This document shows positions 35,013-45,040 of a stretch of 64,000 nt of DNA, piece after piece (position 1 is the first letter of the stretch; each line of letters opens with the position of its first letter). Location of the stretch: assembly GCA_943372655.1 (NCBI GenBank), contig CALRZP010000018.1:29094-93093 (forward strand). Reading direction: 5' to 3'. The translations under genes were made by a program, and so were the position numbers. This DNA comes from Asaia bogorensis. Lineage in GTDB: Bacteria > Pseudomonadota > Alphaproteobacteria > Reyranellales > Reyranellaceae. The notes beneath the pieces were generated by a model. The model worked only from the letters and a program-made list of their open reading frames with translations. It was not told the DNA's origin and searched no databases.

Positions 35013-35994
35013 CTTCGCCGGCCATTTCCACGGCCAGCTCGGCGGCGGCAAGATCCTCGAGCGCCGCGCCGACCGACTTGAACAGCGTGATCGAACTGGT
35101 GTCACCGGCCGCACGGCCGGTCCGCAGTCCACGCGCCAGCTCGAACAGGTCGGCGAGCACGTCGGGCTCCCCGATGGCGCCGCTGGCGATCGGCTGGACG
35201 ATGTCGCCGCCCTCCTTCAGCGCGCCGGCACGGGTATCGACATAGAGGCGGGCCCGCTGCACGGCCCGATCGTCGCTCTCGCGCATCTGCGGCGTGAAGG
35301 CGCCCACCAGGTCGACATGCTGCCCGTCGCGCAACCAGTCACCCTCGACCAGGGGAGTCGTGGCGAGCGTGGCGCAGGAGATGATGTCGGCATCCCGAAC
35401 GGCGGCCTCGCGGTCGCCGACGGCACGGACGGTCACGGGACGGCCGATCGCCGCCGGCAGGGAAACGGAGAGTCTCGCGGCAAGCGCTTCGGCCTGGGCG
35501 GCCGTGCGTCCCCAGATCGCCACGTCCTCGATGGGCCGGACCTTGGCATGGACGCGGATCAGCTCGGGCGCCAGCGCACCGGTGCCGATCATCAGCAACC
35601 GTGCGGCGTCGGGCCGCGACAGGTAGCGCGCGGCGAGACCCGAGGCGCAGGCGGTGCGCCGCTTGGTCAGCATCGTGCCATCGAGCAGCGCCAAGGTCGC
35701 GCCCGTGCTGCCGTCGAGCAGCAGGTACTGGCCGTAGATCGAGGGCAGCGACCGCTTTCCGTTGTCGGGGAACACCGTCACGACCTTGACGCCGACGCGG
35801 CCCGAGGCTCCTGTGGTCCAGGCCGGCATGAGCAACAGCATCGCATCGGCCGAACCGGGACCGAGCGGCTCCCGGATCGGATGATGATGCCTCACCGGCA
35901 TCTCGCAGCCCGCCCGGAACAGGCCGTCGAGCCGGTCGATCAGCGCGAGGTCGTCCAGGGCGGCGTCGATCTCGGCCGCCGACAGGACCTTCAT
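34999..35994 (-). CDS. Ornithine cyclodeaminase / mu-crystallin family protein
   Basis: 331 aa. ..LLLMPAW.. and Rossmann motif MIGTGALA are typical of the family. The 3' end overlaps the convergent CoA-transferase gene by 14 nt. Confidence 0.85.
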   Translation of the reverse strand: MKVLSAAEIDAALDDLALIDRLDGLFRAGCEMPVRHHHPIREPLGPGSADAMLLLMPAWTTGASGRVGVKVVTVFPDNGKRSLPSIYGQYLLLDGSTGATLALLDGTMLTKRRTACASGLAARYLSRPDAARLLMIGTGALAPELIRVHAKVRPIEDVAIWGRTAAQAEALAARLSVSLPAAIGRPVTVRAVGDREAAVRDADIISCATLATTPLVEGDWLRDGQHVDLVGAFTPQMRESDDRAVQRARLYVDTRAGALKEGGDIVQPIASGAIGEPDVLADLFELARGLRTGRAAGDTSSITLFKSVGAALEDLAAAELAVEMAGEATAR

Positions 35995-36392
35995 GAAAAC
36001 GGGCCCCGGGTGGCACGCGTGCCAAGCTCGGGTGCTACTAGGGCGCTCTGCCGCTCGAGGGCCCGCTGGTCACGCGGGGCCGGGCCGGCGGACGCCGCCG
36101 GCTGTGCCGCAGCATGTGCGGCCCTGAGGCGCGCGACTTCCCGATCCAGCCGGGCGGCCTCGCCGCGGGCTTCCCGGGCGCGACGCCGGTGATGACGGCC
36201 GGCCCACCAGCCCATGCTGAGCCCCGCCAGGACGCCCAGCATCAGCATGGCGATGACCAGAAGATAGACCGGCATCACGATGATATGCGGCAACGGCCAC
36301 AGCGCGAGCTGGACAGGCTGCGGATTGCTGACCGCGACCAGGACGCCGATCAGGATGAAGAGCAGGAAAAGGACGCGGGAGAGGATCTTCAT
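35991..36392 (-). CDS. LapA/DUF1049 family inner-membrane protein
   Basis: Trimmed to MKILSRVLFLLFILIGVLVAVSN. Two TM helices then a basic coiled tail. Conserved position downstream of ihfB. Confidence 0.7.
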   Translation of the reverse strand: MKILSRVLFLLFILIGVLVAVSNPQPVQLALWPLPHIIVMPVYLLVIAMLMLGVLAGLSMGWWAGRHHRRRAREARGEAARLDREVARLRAAHAAAQPAASAGPAPRDQRALERQSALVAPELGTRATRGPFS

Positions 36393-36453
36393 GCGGGGCG
36401 GAGCATGCCACACCACGCCCCCGCGACGCGAGGCGGACGATCAGTCCGGCGCG

Positions 36454-36789
36454 CTACTTCTTTTCGTCGTCCGTGGGTTCCGGCGGCAGCAGGCCGGCTG
36501 CGCGAGCGGCCTCCTTGTTCAGGCGGTCGCGCAGGTCCTTGCCGGTCTTGAAGTAGGGCACGCGCTTGGAGGCGACGGACACCTGCTCGCCGGTGCGCGG
36601 GTTGCGACCGGTGCGCGGATCGCGCTTCTTCACGGAGAACGCGCCGAAACCGCGCAGCTCGACCCTGTGACCGGACGCCAGAGCCTTGGAAATCTCATCG
36701 AACACGGTCGCGACGATCCGCTCGACATCTCTCTGGTAGAGATGCGGATTCCGGGCCGCCAGGCGCGCAATCAGCTCGGACTTGGTCAT
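36454..36789 (-). CDS. ihfB: Integration host factor subunit beta
   Basis: [35 protein letters not shown] is the classic IHF-beta/HU fold sequence. Confidence 0.95.
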   Translation of the reverse strand: MTKSELIARLAARNPHLYQRDVERIVATVFDEISKALASGHRVELRGFGAFSVKKRDPRTGRNPRTGEQVSVASKRVPYFKTGKDLRDRLNKEAARAAGLLPPEPTDDEKK

Positions 36790-36841
36790 CGCGGTTCCAT
36801 GGCGGGCCGTTCAGGCCCAGAGAAAAGTCGTTAAGTCCTTG

Positions 36842-36869
36842 ATATTAAACTGGATAACGGTGTCGTCAA
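36842..36869 (-). promoter_or_regulatory. Candidate sigma70-type promoter for ihfB
   Basis: Minus strand reads TTGACG - 16 nt - TAATAT, about 50 nt upstream of the ihfB ATG, in a locally AT-rich stretch. Confidence 0.35.
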
Positions 36870-36883
36870 GTCTAAGCCCTTGA

Positions 36884-36920
36884 AAGCAAAAGAAAAGGCC
36901 GACCCTTGCGGGTCGGCCTT
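36884..36920 (-). terminator. Intrinsic terminator downstream of rpsA
   Basis: Minus strand: AAGGCCGACCC-GCAA-GGGTCGGCCTT followed by TTCTTTTGCTTTC. Confidence 0.8.
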
Positions 36921-36944
36921 GCCGTAAACCATGATGAAAACGGC

Positions 36945-38672
36945 TTACTTTTCTTCGTCGTCGGCCTCGGCCCTCTTCTTGAGAGCCGCACCCAGGATGT
37001 CGCCCAGGCTGGCGCCCGAGTCGGACGAACCGAAGTCGGCCATCGCCTTCTTCTCTTCGTCGAGTTCGCGGGCCTTGACCGACAGCACGACCCGACGCGA
37101 GGCCTTGTCGATGTTGGTGATCTTGGCGTCGAGCTTGTCGCCGATCGCGTAGCGGTCGGGACGCTGCTCGGAGCGGTCGCGGCTGAGCTCCGTCTTGCGG
37201 ATGAAGCCGGGGATGCCGTCCTGCACCGTGACGTCGATGCCGTTGTCCTGGATGCCGGCCACGATGACGGTGACGACGTCGCCCTTCTTGGCGACCGCGC
37301 CGACCTTCTCGAACGGATCGTTGGCCAGCTGCTTGATGCCGAGCGAGATGCGCTCCTTGTCCATGTCGACGTCGAGGACCTTGACCTGGACCTGGTCGCC
37401 CTTCTTGTAGTCGCGGATCGCCTCTTCGCCGGCCTTGTCCCAGCTCAGGTCGCTGAGATGGACCATGCCGTCGATGTCGCCGGGCAGGCCCACGAACAGG
37501 CCGAACTCGGTGATGTTGCGAACCTCGCCCTCGATCTCGGTGCCGGCCGGGTACTGGTCGGCGAAGCTTTCCCACGGGTTGGCCATGCACTGCTTGAGGC
37601 CGAGCGAGATGCGGCGCTTGGACATGTCGACGTCCAGCACCATCACTTCGACTTCCTGGGAGGTCGACACGATCTTGCCGGGGTGCACGTTCTTCTTGGT
37701 CCAGCTCATCTCGGAGACGTGGACCAGACCCTCGACGCCCGGCTCCAGCTCGACGAACGCGCCGTAGTCGGTGATGTTGGTGACGCGGCCCTTGAGCTTG
37801 AGGCCGACCGGGTACTTGGCACCCGCGCCGTCCCACGGATCGCTCATCAGCTGCTTCATGCCCAGCGAGATGCGCTGCGTCTCGGGGTTGAAGCGGACGA
37901 CCTGCACCTTGACCTGCTGGCCGATGGTGAGGGCTTCAGACGGATGGTTGATGCGCTTCCAGGCGATGTCGGTGACATGGAGCAGGCCGTCGACGCCGCC
38001 CAGATCCACGAACGCGCCGTAGTCGGTGATGTTTTTCACGACGCCGTCGAGCACCTGGCCCTCCGACAGCGCGCCCATCAGGCGCGTGCGGTCCTCGGCG
38101 CGGGTCTCTTCCATGACGGCGCGGCGCGACACGACGATGTTGCCGCGGCGGCGGTCCATCTTGAGGATGGCGAACTGCTGGGCCTGACCCATCAGCGGGC
38201 CGACATCGCGCACCGGACGCACGTCGACCTGGCTGCCCGGCAGGAAGGCCACGGCGCCCGACAGGTCGACCGTGAAGCCACCCTTCACGCGGCCGAAGAT
38301 CGTGCCCATGACGCGTTCCTGGTCGGTGAACGCCTTCTCGAGAACGGTCCAGGCCTCCTCGCGGCGAGCCTTGTCGCGCGACAGGACGGCCTCGCCCTCC
38401 TTGTTCTCCATGCGATCGACGAAGATGTCGACCACGTCGCCTTCCTTGACTTCCGGGGAGGCGCCGCCGTTGGAGAACTCACGCAGTGCGACGCGGCCCT
38501 CGGACTTGAGGCCGACATCCACCACGACGAAATCGTTGGCAATGCGAATGACGCGGCCCTTGACGACCGTGCCTTCGAAGCTCGACGAACCGCCCAGCGA
38601 TTCATCGAGGAGTGCTGCGAACTCTGCGCTGGCGGCATCGTTCGGGGTACGCAGGGCGCTGCCCTTGGCCAT
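36945..38672 (-). CDS. rpsA: 30S ribosomal protein S1
   Basis: 575 aa with six S1 (OB-fold) repeats and an AAGGAGA SD. Conserved cmk-rpsA-ihfB order. Confidence 0.95.
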   Translation of the reverse strand: MAKGSALRTPNDAASAEFAALLDESLGGSSSFEGTVVKGRVIRIANDFVVVDVGLKSEGRVALREFSNGGASPEVKEGDVVDIFVDRMENKEGEAVLSRDKARREEAWTVLEKAFTDQERVMGTIFGRVKGGFTVDLSGAVAFLPGSQVDVRPVRDVGPLMGQAQQFAILKMDRRRGNIVVSRRAVMEETRAEDRTRLMGALSEGQVLDGVVKNITDYGAFVDLGGVDGLLHVTDIAWKRINHPSEALTIGQQVKVQVVRFNPETQRISLGMKQLMSDPWDGAGAKYPVGLKLKGRVTNITDYGAFVELEPGVEGLVHVSEMSWTKKNVHPGKIVSTSQEVEVMVLDVDMSKRRISLGLKQCMANPWESFADQYPAGTEIEGEVRNITEFGLFVGLPGDIDGMVHLSDLSWDKAGEEAIRDYKKGDQVQVKVLDVDMDKERISLGIKQLANDPFEKVGAVAKKGDVVTVIVAGIQDNGIDVTVQDGIPGFIRKTELSRDRSEQRPDRYAIGDKLDAKITNIDKASRRVVLSVKARELDEEKKAMADFGSSDSGASLGDILGAALKKRAEADDEEK

Positions 38673-38823
38673 TCAAACTCTCCTTCATCGATCCCGGGCG
38701 AAACGCTGCCGCCCGTCGGCCAACCGGTTAAGTCCGGCGGATCCACTGCCTTGAAACACCGGCGCAGGAACGACACGTTCCGGCGCAGTCGCCGCTGGAA
38801 GTCTTCGATCCGCCGGCGGCGAC

Positions 38824-39456
38824 TTACGGCCCGGAGGATCGAAAGCCCTTGCACTCGATGAACGCCAAAGCGGCGGCGAAGGCCGCGTCGGCATCCATGT
38901 CGCTGGTATCGAGGTGGTAAGCATCGGGTGCGGCTTTGAGTGGTGCTGCCGCCCGTTCGCTATCGCGACGGTCCCGCTCCGCCATCTCGGCAAGAACGCG
39001 CGGCTTTATAGTGTCGACACCCTTGGTGCGCAACTCCCGGTACCGCCGTTCGGCCCGTGCCTCGACGCTGGCGGTGACAAATAATTTTACGGGCGCATCG
39101 GGGCAAATGACGGTGCCAGTATCCCGCCCGTCGAGAACCGCACCCGTCGCCTGGGTCGCGAATTTCCGCTGGAAATCCAGAAGGTTGGCCCGAACCTCTG
39201 GAATCGCGGCGACTTTCGACGCGGCCTGGCCCGCCACGTCGGTGCGCAGCTCGGGATCGGCCAGGTCCGACGGATCGAGGCTGCCAGCAATCTCGACCGG
39301 CGAACGGCCGGTCTTTTCCGCCTTCAGCCCGACCGCGCGATAGAGCAGCCCGGTGTCGAGGTGCGGCAGGCCGAAATGGTCGGCCAGCCGGCGGGCGAGC
39401 GTGCCCTTTCCGGCGCCTGCGGGCCCGTCGATCGTGATGACCGGCCCTGTCGTCAC
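38824..39456 (-). CDS. cmk: (d)CMP kinase
   Basis: P-loop [13 protein letters not shown]. The GTG start overlaps the aroA stop (GTGA). Confidence 0.9.
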   Translation of the reverse strand: MTTGPVITIDGPAGAGKGTLARRLADHFGLPHLDTGLLYRAVGLKAEKTGRSPVEIAGSLDPSDLADPELRTDVAGQAASKVAAIPEVRANLLDFQRKFATQATGAVLDGRDTGTVICPDAPVKLFVTASVEARAERRYRELRTKGVDTIKPRVLAEMAERDRRDSERAAAPLKAAPDAYHLDTSDMDADAAFAAALAFIECKGFRSSGP

Positions 39457-40895
39457 GCCGACTCGATCCGGGCCCCGAGCGCGCCCATCAGCCGGGCGAA
39501 GCCGGGGAAGCTGGTATCGATCGGCGAGCCATCGTCGACCGCCACCCCATCGCGTGAGGCCAACCCCAGCACGAGAAAGGCCATGGCGATCCGATGGTCG
39601 AGGTGGGTGACCACCGTCCCGCCGCCGACCGGCGCCGCGCCGGTGCCGTGCACGAACAGCGTATCGGCACCCATTTCGTGGCGAACGCCGTTGACCGCGA
39701 GTCCGGCCGACACGCTGGCCAGCCGGTCGCTCTCCTTGGCGCGCAGCTCGGCCAGACCCAGCATGCGGGTGGTGCCGCGGGCGCAGGCCGCCGCCACGGC
39801 GAGGATCGGATACTCGTCGATCATCGACGGCGCCCGCTCGGGCGGGACCTCGACCCCGTTCAGCTCACCGCCCTTGACCCGGAGGTCGGCCACCGGCTCG
39901 CCGCCGACCTCGCGCGCGTTCTCGGCCGTGATGTCGGCGCCCATTTCGCGCAGCGTGTCGTAGAGGCCGGCGCGCAGAGGGTTGAGGCCGACATTCTCGA
40001 CCGTGACGTCGCTGCCCGGCCGGATCGCCGCCGCCACGACGGCGAAGGCCGCCGACGAGGGATCGCCCGGCACCACGATGTCGCGCGCCTTGAGTTCGGG
40101 CCAGCCGACGACGGTGATTCGCTTGCCGCCACCGTCCGCCGGCCCCACCTGCACCTCGGCGCCGAAATGGCGCAGCATGCGCTCGGTATGGTCGCGCGTG
40201 GCCTCGAGTTCGATCACGGTGGTCTCGCCCGCGGTATTCAGGCCGGCCAGCAGGATGGCGCTCTTCACCTGTGCTGAGGCGACCGGAAGGCGGTACTCGA
40301 TCGGCACCATCTCGTCGGTACCGACGATGGCGAGCGGCATGCGACCGCCCTCGCGTGCCTCGAAGCGGGCGCCCATCTGTGACAGCGGCCCGATGACCCG
40401 CTGCATTGGCCGGCGGCGCAGCGAGGCGTCGCCGGTCATAAAGCTGGTGAAGCGATGGCTGGCCAGGATGCCGGAAAGCAGGCGCGCCGACGTCCCGGAA
40501 TTGCCGAGGTCGAGCACATTGTCGGGCTCGCGTGCACCACCGACACCAAATCCTCGCACGCGCCACGCACCGCCGCCTTCGTGCTCGACCTGGGCGCCCA
40601 ACGCCCGCAGGGCGGCGGCCGTCGCCAGCACGTCCTCACCCTCCAGGAGGCCGGTGATTCGGGTTTCGCCCAGAGCGAGGGCGCCGAACATCAGGGAGCG
40701 ATGGGAAACCGACTTGTCGCCGGGAGCCCGGACGCGGCCCTGCAACCGGTCCACGGGGCGGGCGATGAGCTTCGCCGGAGCGGCATGAGCGGACAGGGCG
40801 GTCTCCACGGCGAAAGTGGGCGGAAGGCAGTTGCGGCGCGGCGCCCTCCTAGCATGCCCGAATTTGGTTTTGACAGGGTGAAAGACGCGTGACAT
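39453..40895 (-). CDS. aroA: 3-phosphoshikimate 1-carboxyvinyltransferase (EPSP synthase, CP4-like class II type)
   Basis: ..[17 protein letters not shown].., ..RPMQRV.., ..VKESDRL.. motifs. The ATG at 40895 has a GAGGGAG SD. An alternative GTG at 40808 is possible. Confidence 0.9.
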   Translation of the reverse strand: MSRVFHPVKTKFGHARRAPRRNCLPPTFAVETALSAHAAPAKLIARPVDRLQGRVRAPGDKSVSHRSLMFGALALGETRITGLLEGEDVLATAAALRALGAQVEHEGGGAWRVRGFGVGGAREPDNVLDLGNSGTSARLLSGILASHRFTSFMTGDASLRRRPMQRVIGPLSQMGARFEAREGGRMPLAIVGTDEMVPIEYRLPVASAQVKSAILLAGLNTAGETTVIELEATRDHTERMLRHFGAEVQVGPADGGGKRITVVGWPELKARDIVVPGDPSSAAFAVVAAAIRPGSDVTVENVGLNPLRAGLYDTLREMGADITAENAREVGGEPVADLRVKGGELNGVEVPPERAPSMIDEYPILAVAAACARGTTRMLGLAELRAKESDRLASVSAGLAVNGVRHEMGADTLFVHGTGAAPVGGGTVVTHLDHRIAMAFLVLGLASRDGVAVDDGSPIDTSFPGFARLMGALGARIESA

Positions 40896-40951
40896 ACGCG
40901 CTCCCTCGCGGCCCGTTCGGCCGATTCCAGCTTATTTGCAGGAGATTCAGC

Positions 40952-41308
40952 GTGGTCAAAGCGAGCTGGGGCACCAAACGCACCTGCCAGAGCTGTGCAG
41001 CGCGCTTTTACGACCTGGGGAAGAGCCCGATCAAATGCCCGAAGTGCGGGCGTGAGCATGATCGCGAGGACTTCGTGAAGGTTCGCCGGGGCCGCGGTGC
41101 GGCCGCCGCGACGGCCGCAGCGGCCGCGGCCGCCGCCGCAGCGGCTGCCAAGGCGGCAGCAGCGAAGAAGAAGGTGGACGACCTGGACGGCGACGAGTTG
41201 CCCGACGTGGACGGCGACGAGGCGCTGGCAGCGGACGATCTCGACGACGACGAGGACGATATCGAAGTCGAAGTCGAGGTTGATGACAAGGAGGAGGGCC
41301 ACCGCTAG
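40952..41308 (+). CDS. TIGR02300 (FYDLN_acid) family protein
   Basis: GTG at 40952 after an AGGAGA SD. ..WGTKRTCQSCAARFYDLGKSPIKCPKCG.. zinc-ribbon, then a poly-Ala and acidic tail. Confidence 0.8.
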   Translation: MVKASWGTKRTCQSCAARFYDLGKSPIKCPKCGREHDREDFVKVRRGRGAAAATAAAAAAAAAAAAKAAAAKKKVDDLDGDELPDVDGDEALAADDLDDDEDDIEVEVEVDDKEEGHR

Positions 41309-41365
41309 AGGCTGTTGCCAGCGCGCGAGGCAGGACTTATAACCTCGCGCCTTCCCAAGGATTTC

Positions 41366-41441
<76 letters not shown>

Positions 41442-41450
41442 ACTAAAACA

Positions 41451-41486
41451 AGGGCCTAGCCGGCAACGGCTAGGCCCTTCGTTTTG
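41451..41486 (+). terminator. Intrinsic terminator after tRNA-Ala
   Basis: AGGGCCTAGCC-GGCAA-CGGCTAGGCCCT followed by TCGTTTT. Confidence 0.8.
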
Positions 41487-41610
41487 GCAGGTAAGCAATC
41501 GATAGGCGCATTGCCGGTGTAAAGCCCTGAGAAGGTCGCGCTCGGCGGACGCCTCAATGAGCTGCAAGACTCGGTCGACAGAATTGCTTCCAGCCTCTCG
41601 AACCGGGAGG

Positions 41611-42402
41611 CTAGGTCGTCGCGCAGGCTTGCGCTTGAGACCTCGAGGATGTGGTCAGGCTTTCGATCCAGTGATCGCCATTCTCGTATCCAAGCGTCTG
41701 CAGGGCGTCGGGAAAGCGGTACAGGAAAGCCCGCGCCAACTCAGGCGTGAACTCGCGCTTCCACTGCGCGACCTCGCCGGAACGAGCATGACGCCGATTG
41801 ACCCTGGCCGCCTTGCCGAACAGGCTGTGCTCCCAGAAGCACTGCCGGCACACTTCCTGTTCGGCACCTTCGAATCCCAGGAAAGATGCAATGTCCGACC
41901 AGAGGGATAGCGATCGGTCGGCCCATAGATCTTCGTAACGGACCTCCAGGCAGTTCGGCCTTTCATAATTCCAATCGAGCATGCCTTCGATGGTGCTGCT
42001 GGTCGCGTTCTCCAACTCGAACAGATATTGCTCGTGGAGTGTGGTGAGCGAATTGAGCCTCTGCTGATAAGGCGCCTCTCTGCTGCCCGATACCTTTTCA
42101 AGAAGCCACGGTTCGTCAGCCTTCTTGTGGTAGTGCATGGCCGAGATCAGCACGTCACGCGGGTCGCGAATCAGATGAAGGATCCGGACGTCCTCTCGGC
42201 GAAGCTCGCTCGCATGCTGCGAGAAGATTGAGTTGTGGTTCAGAAGTATGAACGGCGTCTTCAGAACGCGATCCAGACGTCCATAGTGCGACCAGAAGTC
42301 GACGTAGTTTAAGTCCAGTCTGCGAGCGATCGCCCTGAACACCGTGGACATCCAGACGGTGCCGGTCTTGTGATGCGTCGCGACAACAATGTTCTGCTTC
42401 AC
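41611..42402 (-). CDS. Sulfotransferase domain protein
   Basis: 5'-PSB-like loop THHKTGTVW and 3'-PB-like LIRDPRDVLIS. The GTG at 42402 is preceded by a GGGAGGA SD. The track ORF extends to 42495. Confidence 0.75.
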   Translation of the reverse strand: MKQNIVVATHHKTGTVWMSTVFRAIARRLDLNYVDFWSHYGRLDRVLKTPFILLNHNSIFSQHASELRREDVRILHLIRDPRDVLISAMHYHKKADEPWLLEKVSGSREAPYQQRLNSLTTLHEQYLFELENATSSTIEGMLDWNYERPNCLEVRYEDLWADRSLSLWSDIASFLGFEGAEQEVCRQCFWEHSLFGKAARVNRRHARSGEVAQWKREFTPELARAFLYRFPDALQTLGYENGDHWIESLTTSSRSQAQACATT

Positions 42403-42558
42403 GGCATCCTCCCAACTCGGGCGACCAATCCAAGTATACGCAAGCGAAGGCCATGCCAGATCGCGGCAGCAACCGCGCCAACATACGATGGTCACGGATG
42501 TCCTGCCTAGAGGCCGCGGATCCGTTCGACGATGCCGTGGTAAGCGTCTTGAAGGGGA

Positions 42559-43596
42559 CTACGCGCGACCAGAGGCGGCGACACCTGCCTGGAACGGCGC
42601 TGCCTGGAAGTACGCCGTGTCCACGCCCATCGAGGCAAGGCAGGTCAAGGCTTCGCGCCGCAGGCCCGGATCCCTGGCGGCCATGAAAACCGCCTCCGGC
42701 ACAGACCTCGTCGCCGTCTTTCGGCTGCCGCGGGAACTGGTCAGCCTTCGCCCGATCTCCCTCTCGATGGCCATGACGTGCTCGCGCCGCGACAGGTTGA
42801 CGACGTAATCAATCATGGCCGATTGCCAGCGGCCGAGGTTCAGGTGCGACAGGACAGACGACAGGACCTGAGCAGGCGTGGCTCGTAACGCGTCTTCTGA
42901 AACGATGTGGACCGAGCCTGGCACTGCCTGCGCCATTGCCTGATAGGAAACGAATATTTTGGCATAGGAAGGTAGTGCATGCTGGAACAAGTACTCGTCG
43001 AACGGCCAGTCTGCCAGCCGTCGTTCGCCGAGTTGGCTGTAGGCCGGGCGCACCTGTTGCCGACAGTAGTCGAAATAGCCCACGGCCTGTTCGATGGGGT
43101 CGCCGTAGACGAAGACCATGCGCTGTCCGGAGCTGGTCCAGGCGGCGGCATCCACATCGCCGACAGACACCGAAACGAAGGCATGGGGCGCCAGATCGAC
43201 CGGCACATGTCCGTAGTTCATTCCCTCGTGGAGATAGTCATACCCCGGTGCGGAAAACGGTGTGCTGGCCCACCAGTCAAATTGCGAGGAAATTCTGTCG
43301 AATCCGGGACAAACCGTATGACCGATAAACAGGTGACGAGAGGGTAAGAGATCGGGTGCCCAGAGAAGAGGTCCCCCGTTCATGTGGTCGAAGTTGAACG
43401 ACGGACCTGCAGCATTGCCGATACACTGTCCGCTGAGCCGGTCGACGACATGGCCACCCTGCTGAAGATGCGACAGGAACGCGAACGCAAAGCGAAGAAA
43501 CCAAACATCGGTGCCGGGCACGAAGGCCACGACCGGAAGTATCTTGACAGGGCGATGAGCATGTCGCGTCAGGGCTCGCAGCATCCGTTCGAACAT
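42559..43596 (-). CDS. Hypothetical protein (possible degenerate sulfotransferase-like fold)
   Basis: 345-aa ORF with a GGAG SD and lower GC. Weak echoes of sulfotransferase loops (FVPGTDVWF, VYGDPIEQAVGYF) but lacking the key Lys/Arg. Confidence 0.5.
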   Translation of the reverse strand: MFERMLRALTRHAHRPVKILPVVAFVPGTDVWFLRFAFAFLSHLQQGGHVVDRLSGQCIGNAAGPSFNFDHMNGGPLLWAPDLLPSRHLFIGHTVCPGFDRISSQFDWWASTPFSAPGYDYLHEGMNYGHVPVDLAPHAFVSVSVGDVDAAAWTSSGQRMVFVYGDPIEQAVGYFDYCRQQVRPAYSQLGERRLADWPFDEYLFQHALPSYAKIFVSYQAMAQAVPGSVHIVSEDALRATPAQVLSSVLSHLNLGRWQSAMIDYVVNLSRREHVMAIEREIGRRLTSSRGSRKTATRSVPEAVFMAARDPGLRREALTCLASMGVDTAYFQAAPFQAGVAASGRA

Positions 43597-43906
43597 TTAC
43601 TCCGGCCACTACTTGTCAGAAATCAAAGCATTGCGGGATGTTGGCTAGGCTATTCATAAAAGCCACATCATGGGGGCGGCTGCAATCGCGAACAGCCCTC
43701 ATCTTTTTCGAGATCGGGAGGCTTCCGGCAGCCTTGAGCTCAAGGGCGGGAGCGGCACTCTGCTTTTTCGCCCCCAAGAGTACACCCTTGGGCCCGGGGC
43801 AACCGATACCGGGTGCCGCGACTGCCCGCTCAGGAAGTGGCTTTTTGCATTCCTTCAGTCTGAGAACAGGAACCCAACGCAGGTCCTTTCGTCGACGCGC
43901 GCAGCC

Positions 43907-45040
43907 TCAACGGTCCGCCGTCTGCGTCAGGAGCCGCCGGTTGACGAGTTCGCGCATCACGAGGTCCGCCACCACACGATTGCCCTCGGCCGAATGGTGG
44001 TCGGAGCGGTAGAGCGCGTCGGCGCCGCGGGCGTCAACGACCCCCTTCAACGTCTCGGAAAGATCGACCGGGATGAGTCCGGCGGCGGCCGCACAGCCCA
44101 GCACCGTCCGGACGGCATGGTGTTCTGCCGTGCCGTACAGCCCGTTGTCCTTCCAGTAGCCGCGGCTGTATTGCGCCATGACCACCACCGGTACGCCCAA
44201 GGCGGCGAGCCTCGGCATCAACAGGCAGGCGATCGCCTCGCCGGCGCCGGCCGGGGCGCCCCGGACCTCGCTGAAGTACCAGCCCCGCTGGATACCGAGC
44301 CGTTCGACCACGAATTCAGCCAGGGCAAAGCGCCCCAGCCACTCGGCCGCCGCGGGGAAGCGGATCGGCTCGCCCGGCTTTCCGGGGACCGGCACATTAT
44401 GCAGATCGAGCGTCCCGTCCTTCACCGTGAAATAAGGCTTCTCGCGGCTCCACGCGACCCGCAGTTCGGCCCGCCTGATATCGCCGGGCGTGAAACTCGC
44501 AATGACGAAAAGCGGCTTCACCTTGGGGACGAGTTGCTCGGTGCTGATCACCATCTGGTCGAACGCATATCCGCTGACGCCCGCGTTCACGACCTTCCGG
44601 CCGACCATGTCCTGCAGATAGGCGGGCCACGCTTCGTCATCCTTCACCTCGTCGCCCTTGGCGAAGGACGAGCCGGTGACGAGGATTGGAGGTTCGGCGA
44701 GGGACGCCTGGGGGGTTGAGCGCCGGAAACCGCCGGCATCGGAATTGTAGGCGCCCGACACGCAGTTCGCCGGAGCCGTCCAACCGATCGCCGCGTTGTA
44801 GACGTACTGGCATCTTTCTCCGCCCGGGCCTGCTCCCATGCGCTGGCGGGCGAGGTTGGGCCAGTTCACGAGCCCCTCGTGGCCCCACAGCACCAGCCGG
44901 TATCCGACTTCGAGCAGCGCCAGCGACACCAGAAGCGATGCCGTCACCAGGGCGATGCGCGCCACCCAACCTGTCGTTTTCGAACGGAGCTCTCGCTCGC
45001 CTTTCGGGGCAGCACCGGCTGCCTCTCGATCGACGTTCAT
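43907..45040 (-). CDS. Membrane-anchored SGNH/AlgX-AlgJ-like hydrolase or O-acyltransferase
   Basis: N-terminal TM anchor (IALVTASLLVSLALL). Block-I-like ILVTGSSFAKG, NAGVSGY, and C-terminal SDHHSAEGN (Asp/His motif). Strong GGAGGTGAGGGA SD. Confidence 0.6.
   Translation of the reverse strand: MNVDREAAGAAPKGERELRSKTTGWVARIALVTASLLVSLALLEVGYRLVLWGHEGLVNWPNLARQRMGAGPGGERCQYVYNAAIGWTAPANCVSGAYNSDAGGFRRSTPQASLAEPPILVTGSSFAKGDEVKDDEAWPAYLQDMVGRKVVNAGVSGYAFDQMVISTEQLVPKVKPLFVIASFTPGDIRRAELRVAWSREKPYFTVKDGTLDLHNVPVPGKPGEPIRFPAAAEWLGRFALAEFVVERLGIQRGWYFSEVRGAPAGAGEAIACLLMPRLAALGVPVVVMAQYSRGYWKDNGLYGTAEHHAVRTVLGCAAAAGLIPVDLSETLKGVVDARGADALYRSDHHSAEGNRVVADLVMRELVNRRLLTQTADR

Noticed and set aside
35991-35994. 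ATGA overlap between the LapA/DUF1049 gene and the ornithine-cyclodeaminase-family gene as evidence of functional coupling
   Set aside because: The C-terminal tail of the LapA-like ORF is low-complexity, so its true stop or extent is uncertain. The overlap may be incidental to high GC, and no functional rationale links the two families.
36906-38861. 651-aa ORF antisense to rpsA. Similar long shadow ORFs: 11110..12828, 11607..13592, 19456..21333, 22869..24776, 28029..29528, 30422..32203, 53747..55486, 58640..60028
   Set aside because: All are antisense or off-frame to genes with unmistakable family motifs. They have biased Arg/Ala/Gly/Asp composition and lack SD sites. I treat them as GC-driven artefacts.
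40889-40951. Longer start (ATG at 40889) for the TIGR02300 gene, which would overlap the divergent aroA start
   Set aside because: The GTG at 40952 has an AGGAGA SD and gives the family-typical N-terminus (..WGTKRxCxxC). The extension ([21 protein letters not shown]) would put two divergent start codons on top of each other.
42403-42495. Longer N-terminus of the sulfotransferase (the track start at 42495)
   Set aside because: The Cys/Trp/Arg-rich 31-aa extension has no SD. The internal GTG at 42402 follows GGGAGGA and places the PAPS loop at the usual distance from the N-terminus.
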